Shown: positions 9,042 through 19,130, counted from the stretch's first letter. The stretch: DNA of 64,000 bases from Thermoanaerobaculia bacterium (GCA_963666565.1 OY762911.1:2944001-3008000), one strand, 5' to 3'. Notes: generated by a model from the letters alone, not told the origin. Translations and numbers: made by a program.

Positions 9042-10889
9042 CTACTTCGGGCCGATGTTTCCCGTGGACGTCAGCACGGTCCCTGTCAGCGGATCGTAGA
9101 CGGCGATGACGTAGGTGTGTTCGCGCCGGCGAAGCTGCAGGTCCGTCTGGTAGTAGAAAACCTGGCCGGGGCTCGGTCTGGCGGGGCCGGCGATCCGGAC
9201 CTTCTCGACCGACATGTCGGCGCGGGCGCCGGTCATGTCCATCGCCGTGACGCGCACCTCGATTTCGGTGAGCCACTCGCCGGCCACGGGCAGAAGCTGG
9301 ATCTCGTCGAGCGGGATGGCGACCTCCACGGGGACCGAGATCCGGCCGCGTCGGCGGCCGCGGCCGCGTACCGGGTCGGAAAAACTCACCTCGAGGGGCC
9401 GGACGCCGGGCTGGCCCCCGAACAGCATGGCCGCCTCGACCGTCATGTCGACTTCGCGGTCGCGCGACATGTCCACGTAGCCTTCGCGGGTCCGCACGCG
9501 AAGCTCGGGGCGCCCGGCCAGACGGACCTCGACGTCGTGGAACGCGTCGTCCTCGCGCCGCCTCGGCTCGAAGCCCAGCCAGTAGTACGAGCGGGTGTCC
9601 TCGACCGCCCCGGCCAGCGCCGCGTCGCGCTCGGCGTTCAGCAGCGGCACGCCGCCGGTGGCGCGGGCCAGCAACTGGAGTGTGCCGTGGAGCAGGTCTT
9701 CCCGGTTCGTCGACCCGGCGACGACGCCGAGGCTGTCGGGCGTCGCGTCCGGCCCCAGCGCCCGCGAGGCGTCGCCCGCGAACTCCGCGCTCATGGCCGG
9801 CACGTCCACCGGATAGAGCGAGTAGCCGATCAGGTTCGCCGCCGAGACGAGCGGACCGTAGAGCTCGTCTTCCGAGGCCAGGAACCCGTCGGCCACGGCG
9901 GCGGCGTTGACGGTGTTCTCGCTCGCGTCCGCCACGGTATAGAGCGCCGGCGACCGCGGCCAGCCTCCCGCCAGCAGCAGCATGACCTTGCGGCCCGCGG
10001 GGTTGGAGAAGCTGCGCATGCTCGCCACCGCGGCCAGCACGGAGCGGCGCAACCGCTCCTCCATGCTCCTCGCGAACCGGCGCTCGAGGCCGGAGAGGGA
10101 CGAGCCCAGCACGTCCTGCGCGCTGCCGGTGTCCTCGGGGAGCATCGCGTCCGCCTCCCTCAGCCCGGCGCCGGGATCGGCGAATCCGGCCGGCACGGCG
10201 TCCGCCGGGCCGGCGATCTCCTCCGGCCTCAGCCGATCGCCCGAGAAAGCCTGGTCGGCGACGGCCTCCAGGACGGCCTCGGCTTCCCGGTCGCCGGCCA
10301 GGATCGTCCGTTCGCCGAGTCGCTGCCAGCCGTAGCTCGGCCGCTCGCGGGCGCGGGCGAGCGCGTCGGCCAGCCGGCCCGGCGCCGCGGTCCAGCCGGT
10401 CAGGGTGTCGATGCTCCGGCCGTCGAAGGCGACGGCGGCCATCCGGTCCGCAGGGTGGAGGCGCGACAGGTCCGCCTCCAGGCGGTCGAGCACCCGGTTC
10501 CGGTCGCGCTCCATGGCGAACACGTCGTCGACGAAGACGAGGAAGTTCGTGCCCACCGGCGTGTTCGGGTCCAGGCTCGGCACGCCGGCCACCGCTGCGC
10601 CGGCGCCGGCTCTGGCGATGCTCTCGTCGATCTCGGTGAAGTAGCTGATCGGCATCGGCTCGCCGTCCACCAGGAGCTCGAACTCCGCCGCCTCCAGCCC
10701 GTGGACCCGGTTTCCGTCTCCGTCGGTGACGACGACCTCGATGTTGACCACCCGGACATCGATCGTCTCCGTGAACACGGCCGGCAGTTCGCTCTGCTGG
10801 GCCGCGGCAGGGGCCGGGATCGCCGCGGCGAGCAGAGGAAGCGCCGCGACGATGCGGGCGGCGTGGACGGGACTGAGGAGGGTTGTCAT
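9042..10889 (-). CDS. VWFA-related secreted protein (Acidobacterial type)
   Basis: Signal peptide; FTETIDVRVVNIEVVVTD..G..VHGL; GRKVMLLL; YYWLGF; VRTREGY. Confidence 0.88.
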   Translation of the reverse strand: MTTLLSPVHAARIVAALPLLAAAIPAPAAAQQSELPAVFTETIDVRVVNIEVVVTDGDGNRVHGLEAAEFELLVDGEPMPISYFTEIDESIARAGAGAAVAGVPSLDPNTPVGTNFLVFVDDVFAMERDRNRVLDRLEADLSRLHPADRMAAVAFDGRSIDTLTGWTAAPGRLADALARARERPSYGWQRLGERTILAGDREAEAVLEAVADQAFSGDRLRPEEIAGPADAVPAGFADPGAGLREADAMLPEDTGSAQDVLGSSLSGLERRFARSMEERLRRSVLAAVASMRSFSNPAGRKVMLLLAGGWPRSPALYTVADASENTVNAAAVADGFLASEDELYGPLVSAANLIGYSLYPVDVPAMSAEFAGDASRALGPDATPDSLGVVAGSTNREDLLHGTLQLLARATGGVPLLNAERDAALAGAVEDTRSYYWLGFEPRRREDDAFHDVEVRLAGRPELRVRTREGYVDMSRDREVDMTVEAAMLFGGQPGVRPLEVSFSDPVRGRGRRRGRISVPVEVAIPLDEIQLLPVAGEWLTEIEVRVTAMDMTGARADMSVEKVRIAGPARPSPGQVFYYQTDLQLRRREHTYVIAVYDPLTGTVLTSTGNIGPK

Positions 10890-10960
10890 GTCTTGGGGTG
10901 GGACACGATAGCGCGGGGCGGTTGGGTGACGAAGTCGCCGCCGCTTCGCGCTGCGTTCAT

Positions 10961-11072
10961 GGCCGCCGGCGGCGACAGCCGGCGCGAACCTGAGTGGCGC
11001 CTGGGGGGCCACCCACGAACCAGTCCGTGCGCTCGCCAGTCGGTCGCGCGGATGGCGCTCCGGCGGGCCCGG
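10961..11072. repeat. Degenerate REP-like element (insert variant), intergenic
   Basis: GGCCGCCGGCGGCGACAGCCGGCG...CCAGTCCGTGCGCTCG...GCGCGGATGGCGCTCCGGCGGGCCCGG resembles the 8864 and 27164 copies. Confidence 0.65.
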
Positions 11073-11116
11073 TGCGGAGCGTTCACGGCCCGCATGCTCG
11101 TCGGTCTCAGGCGAAG

Positions 11117-12997
11117 CTAACGGGCGCCGCCGGGAGCGCGGAGGGGTTGCCTCGCCCGGTAGAGGCGAAGGCGGTCGAGCCGTTGCGGCGAGTTGCCGCC
11201 GGCGGTCTCGCGCTCGCGGTCGAGGGCCCGCTGTTGCCAGGAGACGGCTTCGTCGAAGCGGCCGGCCTCGGCCATCGCCATCGCGAGCGTTTCGAGGTGG
11301 TCGACGGCCGGTTGCTCGTCGACGACGGAGCGGGCGAGTTCCACGGCGCGTTCGCCGTCGCGCGCCGCTGCGTCGGAGCTGGTGGCGAGCAGCCGGGCGA
11401 GCAGGTGGCGGACGGCGAGGTCGCCTGGGAAACGTTCGAGCGCCGTCTCCAGCGTCTCGCGGGCGGCGGCGAACCGGCCGCTCTGGAACCGCGTCAGGCC
11501 GAGGTTGAAGTGGACGCGGAGGTCGTCCGGGGTCAGCGCGGCCAGGGCGGCGAGGTGCTCGGCGGCCCGGCCCGGCTCGCCGGCCTCCAGCAGCAGGGCG
11601 GCCAGCAGCCGGTGCGCCTCGATGGCGCCCGGGTCGAGCCGGACGATCTCCTCGAGTTCGGCGCGGGCGCCGGTGGCGTTGCCGGCGTCGGCCCGGGCCT
11701 GCGCCCGCATCAGCCGCCACTGGAGGTTCTCCGGGTCGAGGTCGGCGGCCCGCTCCAGGTGCAGCGCTCCCTCGGCGGTGCGGCCGGTGCGGCCGAGCAG
11801 GAGGGCGAGGTTGAAGTGCGCCGCGCCGTGGGCGGGATTCGCTGCGATCGCGTGCCGAAGGTGCTCCTCGGCGGCCGCCCGGTCGCCGCTCTCGATCAGG
11901 GAGCGGGCCAGATTGAAGTGGAGTTCCGGGTCGGCGTCGGCGTCGGCGTCGGCGTCGCCGTCGCCCTCGGCCAGGAGTTCCCGGTACAGGGCGACCGCCT
12001 CCTCGTTCCGGCCGGAGCGGGCGGCGCGCACCGCGCGGTCGAACCGGGCCTCGGTCTTCACGCCGTAGATCTGGAGCCGGTCCCGGAGAGGATCGGCGAT
12101 GGCGATCGGCACCTGCCGGTTGCGCGCGAGTTCGGCGCGGGCACGGGCGGCGTCTCCGCTCGCCCGCAGAGCCATGCCGAGGTGGTGGTGGACGACGCTG
12201 CCTTCCGGCTGCGAGGCGAGCACCGCCTCGAAGGCGGCGATCGCTTCCGCGGTGCGGCCCCGGTCCATCGCGACCCGGCCGAGGCCGAACCGCGCCGCGG
12301 CGCTCTCGGGCCGTGCGTCGAGCGCCCGCGCGTAGGCGGCTTCGGCGGCGTCCAGATCGCCTGCGTCGAGGTGAAGGTCGCCGGCGCGGATCAGGGTCGC
12401 CGTGTCGTCCGGGCGCAGCGCGAGGGCTGCGCGGGCTGCGAGCCGGGCGCGCTCCAGGTTGCCGGTGGCGTCGTGGAGCAGCAGCTCGTAGTAGGTCCAC
12501 TGGAAGTCGTTCGGCGCCAGCAGCCGGAGCTGCGCCAGGCAGACGGCGGCGGCGCCGTGAAGTTCGTGGTGGAGGTACTGCAGGCAGAGGTGGCCGAAGG
12601 AGTTGGCGGCGATCTGGGCTTCTTCGTCGGTGGCCGCGGCCTCCAGGGCGGCGCCGACGGCGGCGCGGCCGGCGGCGATCTGCTCGCGGGTCTCGGCGTC
12701 GAGGTGGTCGAGCGATGGGGCCGGCACGGCGTCGAGGGAGAGGAGGGCGCGGACCTTGCGGGCGTCGTCGGTGGGCTGCGGCGCCTGGGCGGCGGCCTGC
12801 GCGGCGCCGGCGAAGATGAGGCACAGGAAAAGGCCGCCCACTGGGTGCGCGGGTCCTCTGACCCGCTGCCGCCGAAGGCGGCCAGAAGAACGACGGCCGA
12901 AGGCCGACCTCTTTCTCCGGCCTGCACCGCTCTGCGGCGCCGGGCCGGAGGGCGGGTCAGAAGACCCGCGCACCCAGAGGAAGCGTAGTCGGGTCAA
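11117..12997 (-). CDS. Tetratricopeptide repeat protein
   Basis: Serial TPR helices (ARFGLGRVAMDRG, LHFNLARSL, AHFNLALLL); TTG start overlaps the upstream TGA (TTGA). Confidence 0.88.
   Translation of the reverse strand: MTRLRFLWVRGSSDPPSGPAPQSGAGRRKRSAFGRRSSGRLRRQRVRGPAHPVGGLFLCLIFAGAAQAAAQAPQPTDDARKVRALLSLDAVPAPSLDHLDAETREQIAAGRAAVGAALEAAATDEEAQIAANSFGHLCLQYLHHELHGAAAVCLAQLRLLAPNDFQWTYYELLLHDATGNLERARLAARAALALRPDDTATLIRAGDLHLDAGDLDAAEAAYARALDARPESAAARFGLGRVAMDRGRTAEAIAAFEAVLASQPEGSVVHHHLGMALRASGDAARARAELARNRQVPIAIADPLRDRLQIYGVKTEARFDRAVRAARSGRNEEAVALYRELLAEGDGDADADADADPELHFNLARSLIESGDRAAAEEHLRHAIAANPAHGAAHFNLALLLGRTGRTAEGALHLERAADLDPENLQWRLMRAQARADAGNATGARAELEEIVRLDPGAIEAHRLLAALLLEAGEPGRAAEHLAALAALTPDDLRVHFNLGLTRFQSGRFAAARETLETALERFPGDLAVRHLLARLLATSSDAAARDGERAVELARSVVDEQPAVDHLETLAMAMAEAGRFDEAVSWQQRALDRERETAGGNSPQRLDRLRLYRARQPLRAPGGAR
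12841..12977. repeat. Complete REPIN-like element in frame in the TPR protein signal region
   Basis: CTGGGTGCGCGGGTCCTCTGACCCGC ... GCGGGTCAGAAGACCCGCGCACCCAG. Confidence 0.92.
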
Positions 12998-14730
12998 GGC
13001 GGCGTCCCTGGGGCCGCAGCGGCCCTCTGCACGATGTGGTAACGGCCAGTCTCAAGCGTGACTGTCTGCGCGGCGCCGTCGGGCCAGCGGACCTCGACGA
13101 CGAGGCGGTTCCGGTTCTCGGCTGGCTCGCCGGTGCCCGGCAGCGGGAAGAGCAGCCGCGGATCGCGGGCGGCTGCGTAGCTGCCGTCGGTATGCACCCT
13201 GCGCCAGCCGCCTCCGTCGACGACGCGGGCGCGCGCGCCGTAAACGTCGACGAAGTCCTGCCGGTCGTCGCCGACTGCCTCCACCAGCCTCAGGCCGACC
13301 CAGTCGTCCGCCGGCTGGCGCCGGTTCAAGAGCACCCGCGCCGGTCCGGCGTTGTTCGTCACGACGAGATCCGGGTCGCCGTCGTTGTCCAGGTCGCCGA
13401 CCGCCAGGCCGCGGCTGACCTCGACGTGAACCGGCCGCTCGCGGCGTTCCGCCGGCACGGTCTCGAAACGGCCGTCACCGAGACCGCGGAAGAGCTGGTT
13501 CTCCATCCGCAGCGGGTGAGGATCGCCGGCCTCGACCTGGCTCTCGATCCGCCGCACCGCCCCGTTCGCGACGTAGAGATCGAGCACGCCGTCGCCGTCG
13601 AAGTCGAGGCTGGCGGCGCCGAAACCCGTCATCGGCCAGCTCGCGTCGATCAGGCCGGCCTCGCGGCTGCGGTCGTCGAAGATCCCGTCGCCGTCGTTCA
13701 GGTAGAGCGTGTTGTGCTCGCGGACGAGGTGGGAGAGGAAGATGTCGGGCGCGCCGTTGCCGTCGAAGTCGCCGACGGCCACGCCCATGCTGGCCTGCGG
13801 GCGGCCGTCGCGGTCGAAGGCGGCGCCCGCGAACACCGCGTCCTCGACGAAGGTCCCGTCGCCCCGGTTGAGCCAGAGGTGGTTGGCCATCTGGTCGTTG
13901 GCGACGTAGAGGTCGACGAGACCGTCGCCGTTGAAATCGGCGGCGACCGCGCCCAGCGCCGTGCCGGCGTCAACCGAGTCCGCGCCCAGGCCGGAACGGA
14001 CCGTGGCGTCGACGAAGGTGCCGTCGCCCAGGTTGCGGAGCAGGCGGTCGGCCTGCGCCGGCTGGCTGAGCGGCCCGCAGTAGTCCGGCTGGCCGCCGGT
14101 CAGGAAGCAGCGCTTGCGGTTGGCGCGGTGGAAGCGGTGGTAGTTGCCGACGTAGAGGTCGAGCCAGCCGTCGGCGTCGTAGTCGAAGAAGACGGCCGGC
14201 ACGCTGAATCGCCGGTCGTCTGCGCCGGCGGCCGCCGTGACGTCCTCGAAGCCGCGTCCGTCGATGTTGCGAAGGAGCCGGTTCGAGCCCAGGTTCGTCA
14301 GGTAGAGGTCGACCCAGCCGTCGCGGTCGTAGTCGCCGGTGGCGACGCCGGTGTTGTAGCCCGGCGCGTGGAGGCCGACTTCCCGCGTGGCGTCGGCGAA
14401 ACGGAGTTCCCCGGTCTCGGCGAGAGCGTTGCGGAACAGGCGGTCCGTGGGTTCGGCGGCCGGCGGCGGGAAGACGGGCTCGCGATCCTCGTCGCCGTCG
14501 AAGGAGCGGCCCTGCCCGAGGTAGACGTCGAGGTCGCCGTCGTTGTCGTAGTCGAACAGGGCGACTCCGGCGCCGACGACTTCGGCAGTGTAGAGCTGCC
14601 CGGTCATGCCGTTCCAGTGGACGAAGTCGATGCCCACCTCGGCGGCGACCTCTTGGAAGGCAGGCGAGACATCCTCGAGGCTTCCGGGCGCCGCGGCGAG
14701 GGCGGTGCTGAGCGCCAGTACGACCATCAT
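12994..14730 (-). CDS. CRTAC1/ASPIC-UnbV family FG-GAP repeat protein
   Basis: GVALFDYDNDGDLDVY, ASMGVAVGDFDGNG, SRGLAVGDLDNDGDPDLVV. Confidence 0.9.
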   Translation of the reverse strand: MMVVLALSTALAAAPGSLEDVSPAFQEVAAEVGIDFVHWNGMTGQLYTAEVVGAGVALFDYDNDGDLDVYLGQGRSFDGDEDREPVFPPPAAEPTDRLFRNALAETGELRFADATREVGLHAPGYNTGVATGDYDRDGWVDLYLTNLGSNRLLRNIDGRGFEDVTAAAGADDRRFSVPAVFFDYDADGWLDLYVGNYHRFHRANRKRCFLTGGQPDYCGPLSQPAQADRLLRNLGDGTFVDATVRSGLGADSVDAGTALGAVAADFNGDGLVDLYVANDQMANHLWLNRGDGTFVEDAVFAGAAFDRDGRPQASMGVAVGDFDGNGAPDIFLSHLVREHNTLYLNDGDGIFDDRSREAGLIDASWPMTGFGAASLDFDGDGVLDLYVANGAVRRIESQVEAGDPHPLRMENQLFRGLGDGRFETVPAERRERPVHVEVSRGLAVGDLDNDGDPDLVVTNNAGPARVLLNRRQPADDWVGLRLVEAVGDDRQDFVDVYGARARVVDGGGWRRVHTDGSYAAARDPRLLFPLPGTGEPAENRNRLVVEVRWPDGAAQTVTLETGRYHIVQRAAAAPGTPP

Positions 14731-14767
14731 GGCTGGGCGGCATCATACGACCGCCGCTGGGTGCGCG

Positions 14768-14908
14768 CTGGGTGCGCGGGTCTTCTGACCCGCTGCCGCC
14801 GAAGGCGGCCAACAGCATCGTCGCCGGCCTTGGGCCGGCGGCCCGACTGTCCGGGCTGCGCCGCTCCGCGGCGCCGCCCGATGCGGGTCGGAAGACCCGC
14901 GCACCCGG
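14768..14908. repeat. Complete REPIN-like element, intergenic
   Basis: GGGTGCGCGGGTCTTCTGACCCGC...GCGGGTCGGAAGACCCGCGCACCC, with a short duplicated left end. Confidence 0.92.
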
Positions 14909-14918
14909 TGGGGGATGT

Positions 14919-17474
14919 CTAGCGGACCGGCTCCGTGCCGACCACGTTGTCGCGCTCCAGCGCATCGAGTTCCGATTCGCTCAGGCCGAGCAGCCGGCTC
15001 AGCACCTCGCGGTTGTGCTCGCCAAGCGTCGGCGCGGGCCACTCGACGGCGTAGGGCCGGTTCTCGCCGTCATCGCTCACGGGCCGGAATGGCGCGGACG
15101 GGTTGGGATGGTCGCCGACATGGGCGCGCTCGCGCCACTGCCAGTAGCCGCGGGCATCGAGATGCGGGTCGTAGAGCACGTCGAGGGTGTTCCGCAGCAC
15201 GGCGGCCGGCACGCCCGCGCCGGCGAGGCGTCGCTCCAGGGCCAGGCCGTCGTGGAGACTGGTGCGGGCCGCCAGCGCCCGGTCGAGTTCGTCCTCGCGC
15301 CGCTTCCGGGCCTCGGCGCTGGCGAAGCGGCCGTCCTCCGCGTCCATTCCGAGCGCCGCGCACAGGCCGCGCCACTGGTCCCCGGTCTCGACGGTGACGG
15401 TAATCCAGGGCTCGGCGCCGATGCACGGATAGACGCCCCAGGGCGCGAAGACCGGGTGGCGTCCGCCGGAGCGCTCGGGCGGGGCGCCGCGGACCGCCTG
15501 CTCGATCAGGCCGTGGGCCGCGAGCGGGAACATGGACTGGACGTGGGAGAGGTCGACGTACTGGCCCTCGCCGGTCCGCTTGAGGTGGCGGAGGGCGGTC
15601 AGCAGCGCCGCGGCCCCGTTGATGCCGGCGATCGGGTCGCCCAGGGCGACGTGCTGCATCGTCGGCGGGTCGCTGGCGCGGCCGTTCAGGTGGGGCAGCC
15701 CCGAAGCCTGCTCGACGGTCGAGCCGTAGGCGCGGTGGTTCAGCCACGGGCCGCTCGCGCCGAACGGCGGCATGGAGACCATGACGAGCTCCTGGTTCGC
15801 CCGGCGCAGGCAGTCGTAGTCGAGACCCAGCTTCGGCAGGACGCTGGCGGTGTAGTTCTCGATCACCGCGTCCGACTTCGCGACGAGCCGCAGCAGCAGG
15901 TCCTTGCCGCGCCGGCTGGTCAGGTCGAGCGTGATCCCCAGCTTGTTGCGCCCGGTCGTGTTGAAGGCGGTCGATTGCTCGTAGAGCTTCTGCGCGATCG
16001 ACTCCGGCGTCGACTCCCAGCCGCGCCACCAGTCGAAGTACTGGCACGACTCGACCTTGATCACCTCGGCGCCCAGGTCGGCGAGCTGGCGGGTGGCGAG
16101 CGGGCCGGCCCAGCCCATCGTCAGGTCGACGATGCGGATGTCCTGGAGGTGGGCCGGCCGGCGGCTGGCCGGTCGGCGCGCCGGCCCGACATCCGACCGT
16201 CCGCTGACGGGAGCTCGGACTGTGACGCTGGTTGCGCGCGGACGCGCCGCCAGGGTTCTGGCCGGCATCCGGTCCGCCGGCTGCTCGGGGTCGACGGCCG
16301 GTTGCGCGCTGGACCCCTGGCCTTCGGCTGCAGTCGCTACGCGGTCGTGTTCGCCCAGGCGCGGCGCCCTCCCGCCAATTGCCGCGGGAGTGCGGTGCAG
16401 GCGAAACGGCGTGCCTGCGGCGGGAAAGCTCCCCTGGTCGGGATGTTCGGCTTCGACCCAGGCGCCGCGGTCCCGGAACTGCTCGAGGTCGAACAGCTCG
16501 GCCGGCGTCGGCGCCAGCGCAAGCGGGATGCGCGCGGCCTGCCCGGCTTCGACCCACTCCAGGGCGGTCCGTTCGAGCAGGCGCGGGCGGATCGCCGCGT
16601 CGATTCGGTCGGCGTCCTCCAGCCGGTTGATCGACACCTGGTATCGGGGTTCGGTCCCGAGTTCGGGAAGGCCCAGGAGGGCGCAGAAGCTCCGCCATTG
16701 CGAGGGCGTTACCGTCGTCACGCCGAGCCAGCCGTCGCGGCACGGATACACGCCAACCGGGAAGGTCGGCCAGAAGCGGTTGATGCCGAGGCGGGGACGG
16801 ATCTCGCCGGTCGCGAGTGTGCCCGGAGGGCCCGGTTCGGTGATGCACATCGCGGCCTCGAAGATGGAGACGTCGAGGTGAAGCGGAGCGTCGAGCCGGC
16901 CGGTCCCGCGCGCCAGCAGATGGCCCGCGGCGGCGACGTATGCGAGTGTGCCGGCGACGATCTGCGGCGCGTGGCCCGTCGCCAGAATCGGCGGGCCTTC
17001 GGCGGTTCCGATCGCCCGGGCTGCGCCGGTGTGGGTGCTGATGACCGGGTCCGTGGAGGCGCGGCCGGCATAGGGCCCCGAGGCGCCGAACCAGGAGATG
17101 GAGAGCCGCGTCTGGCGGTCGAGCAGCCTCCTCTCAGCGGTGGGGTCGGCGTCGAGGATGAGATCGGCGGCACCGAGGAGGGCGCGGGCCTCCGCGTGCT
17201 CCGGGAGGGCCGCAACGCTTCGCTTGCCGAGGGAGAGCCACGTCGCGAGCGCGCTGGCCTCGGGCGGGGACGACCGCGGATGGAAGGGATGCAGGCGGCG
17301 GATCGGGTGGCCTTCGCCCGGCGGTTCGAGGTTCGTCACCGTCGCGCCGAGGTCGCGGAAGAGCTTGCCGCAGTAGGCGGTCGCGACCGTGCCGGCAAGG
17401 TCGACGGCGTGGATGCCGTGCAGGGCACCGCGTCGGGGTTCTCGTTTCGCGGACTTCTCGGTGTCGTCTTGCAT
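14919..17474 (-). CDS. Double-domain family III CoA transferase (CaiB/BaiF)
   Basis: Two CoA_transf_3 units: ATAYCGKLFRDLGA...APRLGEH and DLTMGWAGPLATRQLADLGAEVIKVE...APTLGEHN. Confidence 0.9.
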   Translation of the reverse strand: MQDDTEKSAKREPRRGALHGIHAVDLAGTVATAYCGKLFRDLGATVTNLEPPGEGHPIRRLHPFHPRSSPPEASALATWLSLGKRSVAALPEHAEARALLGAADLILDADPTAERRLLDRQTRLSISWFGASGPYAGRASTDPVISTHTGAARAIGTAEGPPILATGHAPQIVAGTLAYVAAAGHLLARGTGRLDAPLHLDVSIFEAAMCITEPGPPGTLATGEIRPRLGINRFWPTFPVGVYPCRDGWLGVTTVTPSQWRSFCALLGLPELGTEPRYQVSINRLEDADRIDAAIRPRLLERTALEWVEAGQAARIPLALAPTPAELFDLEQFRDRGAWVEAEHPDQGSFPAAGTPFRLHRTPAAIGGRAPRLGEHDRVATAAEGQGSSAQPAVDPEQPADRMPARTLAARPRATSVTVRAPVSGRSDVGPARRPASRRPAHLQDIRIVDLTMGWAGPLATRQLADLGAEVIKVESCQYFDWWRGWESTPESIAQKLYEQSTAFNTTGRNKLGITLDLTSRRGKDLLLRLVAKSDAVIENYTASVLPKLGLDYDCLRRANQELVMVSMPPFGASGPWLNHRAYGSTVEQASGLPHLNGRASDPPTMQHVALGDPIAGINGAAALLTALRHLKRTGEGQYVDLSHVQSMFPLAAHGLIEQAVRGAPPERSGGRHPVFAPWGVYPCIGAEPWITVTVETGDQWRGLCAALGMDAEDGRFASAEARKRREDELDRALAARTSLHDGLALERRLAGAGVPAAVLRNTLDVLYDPHLDARGYWQWRERAHVGDHPNPSAPFRPVSDDGENRPYAVEWPAPTLGEHNREVLSRLLGLSESELDALERDNVVGTEPVR
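16175..16270. repeat. Degenerate REP-like element in frame in the CoA transferase interdomain linker
   Basis: ATCCGACCGTCCGCTGACGGGAGCTCGGACTG...GCCGGCATCC matches the insert-variant copies; encodes [12 protein letters not shown]. Confidence 0.65.
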
Positions 17475-17523
17475 TGGAACTTGCCGCGAGAGCGTCGGCG
17501 ACGATAGCGGAGCCGGCCGCCCG

Positions 17524-17692
17524 CCGGGTGCGCGGGTCCTCTGACCCGCATGCCGCCGAAGGCGGCCATTAGCGTCGCCGGCCTTTGGGCGGCGTCCTTC
17601 TTGTCCGGGCTGCGCCGCTACGCGGCTTCGCCCGAAGAGCGGGTCGGAAGACCCGCGCACCCAGCGTCCGGCTGTCAGACCCACGCACCCGG
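17524..17692. repeat. Complete REPIN-like element plus a partial extra right end, between divergent genes
   Basis: Terminal inverted REPs at 17526 and 17662; extra GTCAGACCCACGCACCCGG. Confidence 0.9.
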
Positions 17693-17715
17693 CGGAGGGC
17701 GTAGGATGCGTTTCC

Positions 17716-18975
17716 GTGAAACGCCAGACGTATCTCCGGCTATCCGTCATGATGCTCCTGCAGTACGGCGTATGGGGCGTCTGGCTGCCGGTCCTGGCCC
17801 GCTACCTCCAGGCCGATCAGGCCGAGGGCGGCCTGGGCTTCAGTCCCGGCCAGGTCGGCTGGATCCTGGGCCTGGCGAGTTCGATCGGCGCCGTCACCGC
17901 GCCCTTCGTTGCCGGCCAGCTTGCGGACCGCTCGTTCTCGACCCAGCGCGTCCTCGCGGTGCTGCTGCTGGCCGGCGGCGCCGTCAAGATCGTCACCGCG
18001 TACCAGACGAGCTTCTCCGCCTGGCTTTGGCTCTCGGTGGCCTACTCGGTCCTCTACACGCCGACGCTGGCGCTCTCGAACTCGCTCGCCTTCGCGCACA
18101 TGGACGACCCCGACGGCCAGTTTCCGAAGGTGCGGGTATGGGGCACGATCGGCTGGATCGCGGCGAGCTGGGCGTTCCCGCTGTTCTGGCTGCTCTCCGA
18201 CGTGCGCTTCTCCTGGCTGCCGCCGTTCTACGTCGGGGTCGAGGCCACGGACGCGACGGCCCGCCTGGTCGACTCGCTGATCTGGAGCGGCCTTCTCGCC
18301 TTCGGTTACGCCCTGTTCTGCTTGGTGTTGCCTGCGACGCCGCCGCGGCGGGACGCGGAGGAGAAGCTGGCCTTCGCCAAGGCCTTCGCGCTGTTCCGCC
18401 GGCGCTCGTTCGCGGTGCTCGTCGCGGCGAGCCTGCCGATCGCGGTAATCCACCAGATCTACTTCATGCAGACCGCGCCGTTCATGAGCGAGGTCCTGGG
18501 GCTCGCGGACAGCCGGATCGGACCGGCAATGAGCATCGGCCAGTTCGCCGAGATCGCGGTCATGGTGGCCACGGGCTGGCTGCTGTCCCGGCTCGGGTTT
18601 CGGGGCGTGATCGTCGTCGGCGCCTTCGCCTACTGCGCGCGCTACGCGATCTTCGGCAGCGACTTTCTGCCCGTGGAGGTCATCGTCGCCAGCCAGGCGC
18701 TGCACGGCCTCTGCTACGCGTGCTTCTTCGCCGCTGCGTTCATCTACGTGGACCGCATCGCCGAGCCGGATGTCAGGCACTCGGCGCAGACGGTGTTCGG
18801 GATCGTGATTCTGGGTCTCGGGCCGGTCTTGGCGGCGCCGGTGCTCCAGGTGCTGTCGGAGGTCTTCACGAACGAGGCCGGCGTGCTGGACTATTCGGCG
18901 CTGTGGTACTCGCTGTCGGCGCTGGCGCTGCTGACGATGCTGGCCTTCGGGGCGCTCTTCCGCGACGAGACCTGA
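17716..18975 (+). CDS. MFS transporter, nucleoside:H+ symporter (NupG-like) family
   Basis: LSVMMLLQYGVWGVW, FPKVRVWGTIGWI, GQFAEI, LHGLCYACFF; about 12 TM segments. Confidence 0.9.
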   Translation: MKRQTYLRLSVMMLLQYGVWGVWLPVLARYLQADQAEGGLGFSPGQVGWILGLASSIGAVTAPFVAGQLADRSFSTQRVLAVLLLAGGAVKIVTAYQTSFSAWLWLSVAYSVLYTPTLALSNSLAFAHMDDPDGQFPKVRVWGTIGWIAASWAFPLFWLLSDVRFSWLPPFYVGVEATDATARLVDSLIWSGLLAFGYALFCLVLPATPPRRDAEEKLAFAKAFALFRRRSFAVLVAASLPIAVIHQIYFMQTAPFMSEVLGLADSRIGPAMSIGQFAEIAVMVATGWLLSRLGFRGVIVVGAFAYCARYAIFGSDFLPVEVIVASQALHGLCYACFFAAAFIYVDRIAEPDVRHSAQTVFGIVILGLGPVLAAPVLQVLSEVFTNEAGVLDYSALWYSLSALALLTMLAFGALFRDET

Positions 18976-19130
18976 TTCGCTGGGTGCGCGGGTCTTCCGA
19001 CCCGCCCACCGGGCGAAGCCGCGGAGCGGCGCAGCCCGGAGAAAAAGGACGCCGGCCAGAGGCCGGCGACGATACTGGCCGCCGCCTCCGGCGGCAGCGG
19101 GTCAGAAGACCCGCGCACCCAGCGAATCAG
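18972..19130. repeat. Complete REPIN-like element whose inverted repeat extends over both convergent stop codons
   Basis: CTGATTCGCTGGGTGCGCGGGTCTTCCGACCCGC ... GCGGGTCAGAAGACCCGCGCACCCAGCGAATCAG (34 bp, 1 mismatch). Confidence 0.92.

Noticed and set aside
11929-11966. (GTCGGC)n hexamer run in the TPR gene, and 30-bp repeats at 57690-57755
   Set aside because: In-frame low-complexity loop expansions; they cannot cause phase variation by frameshift.
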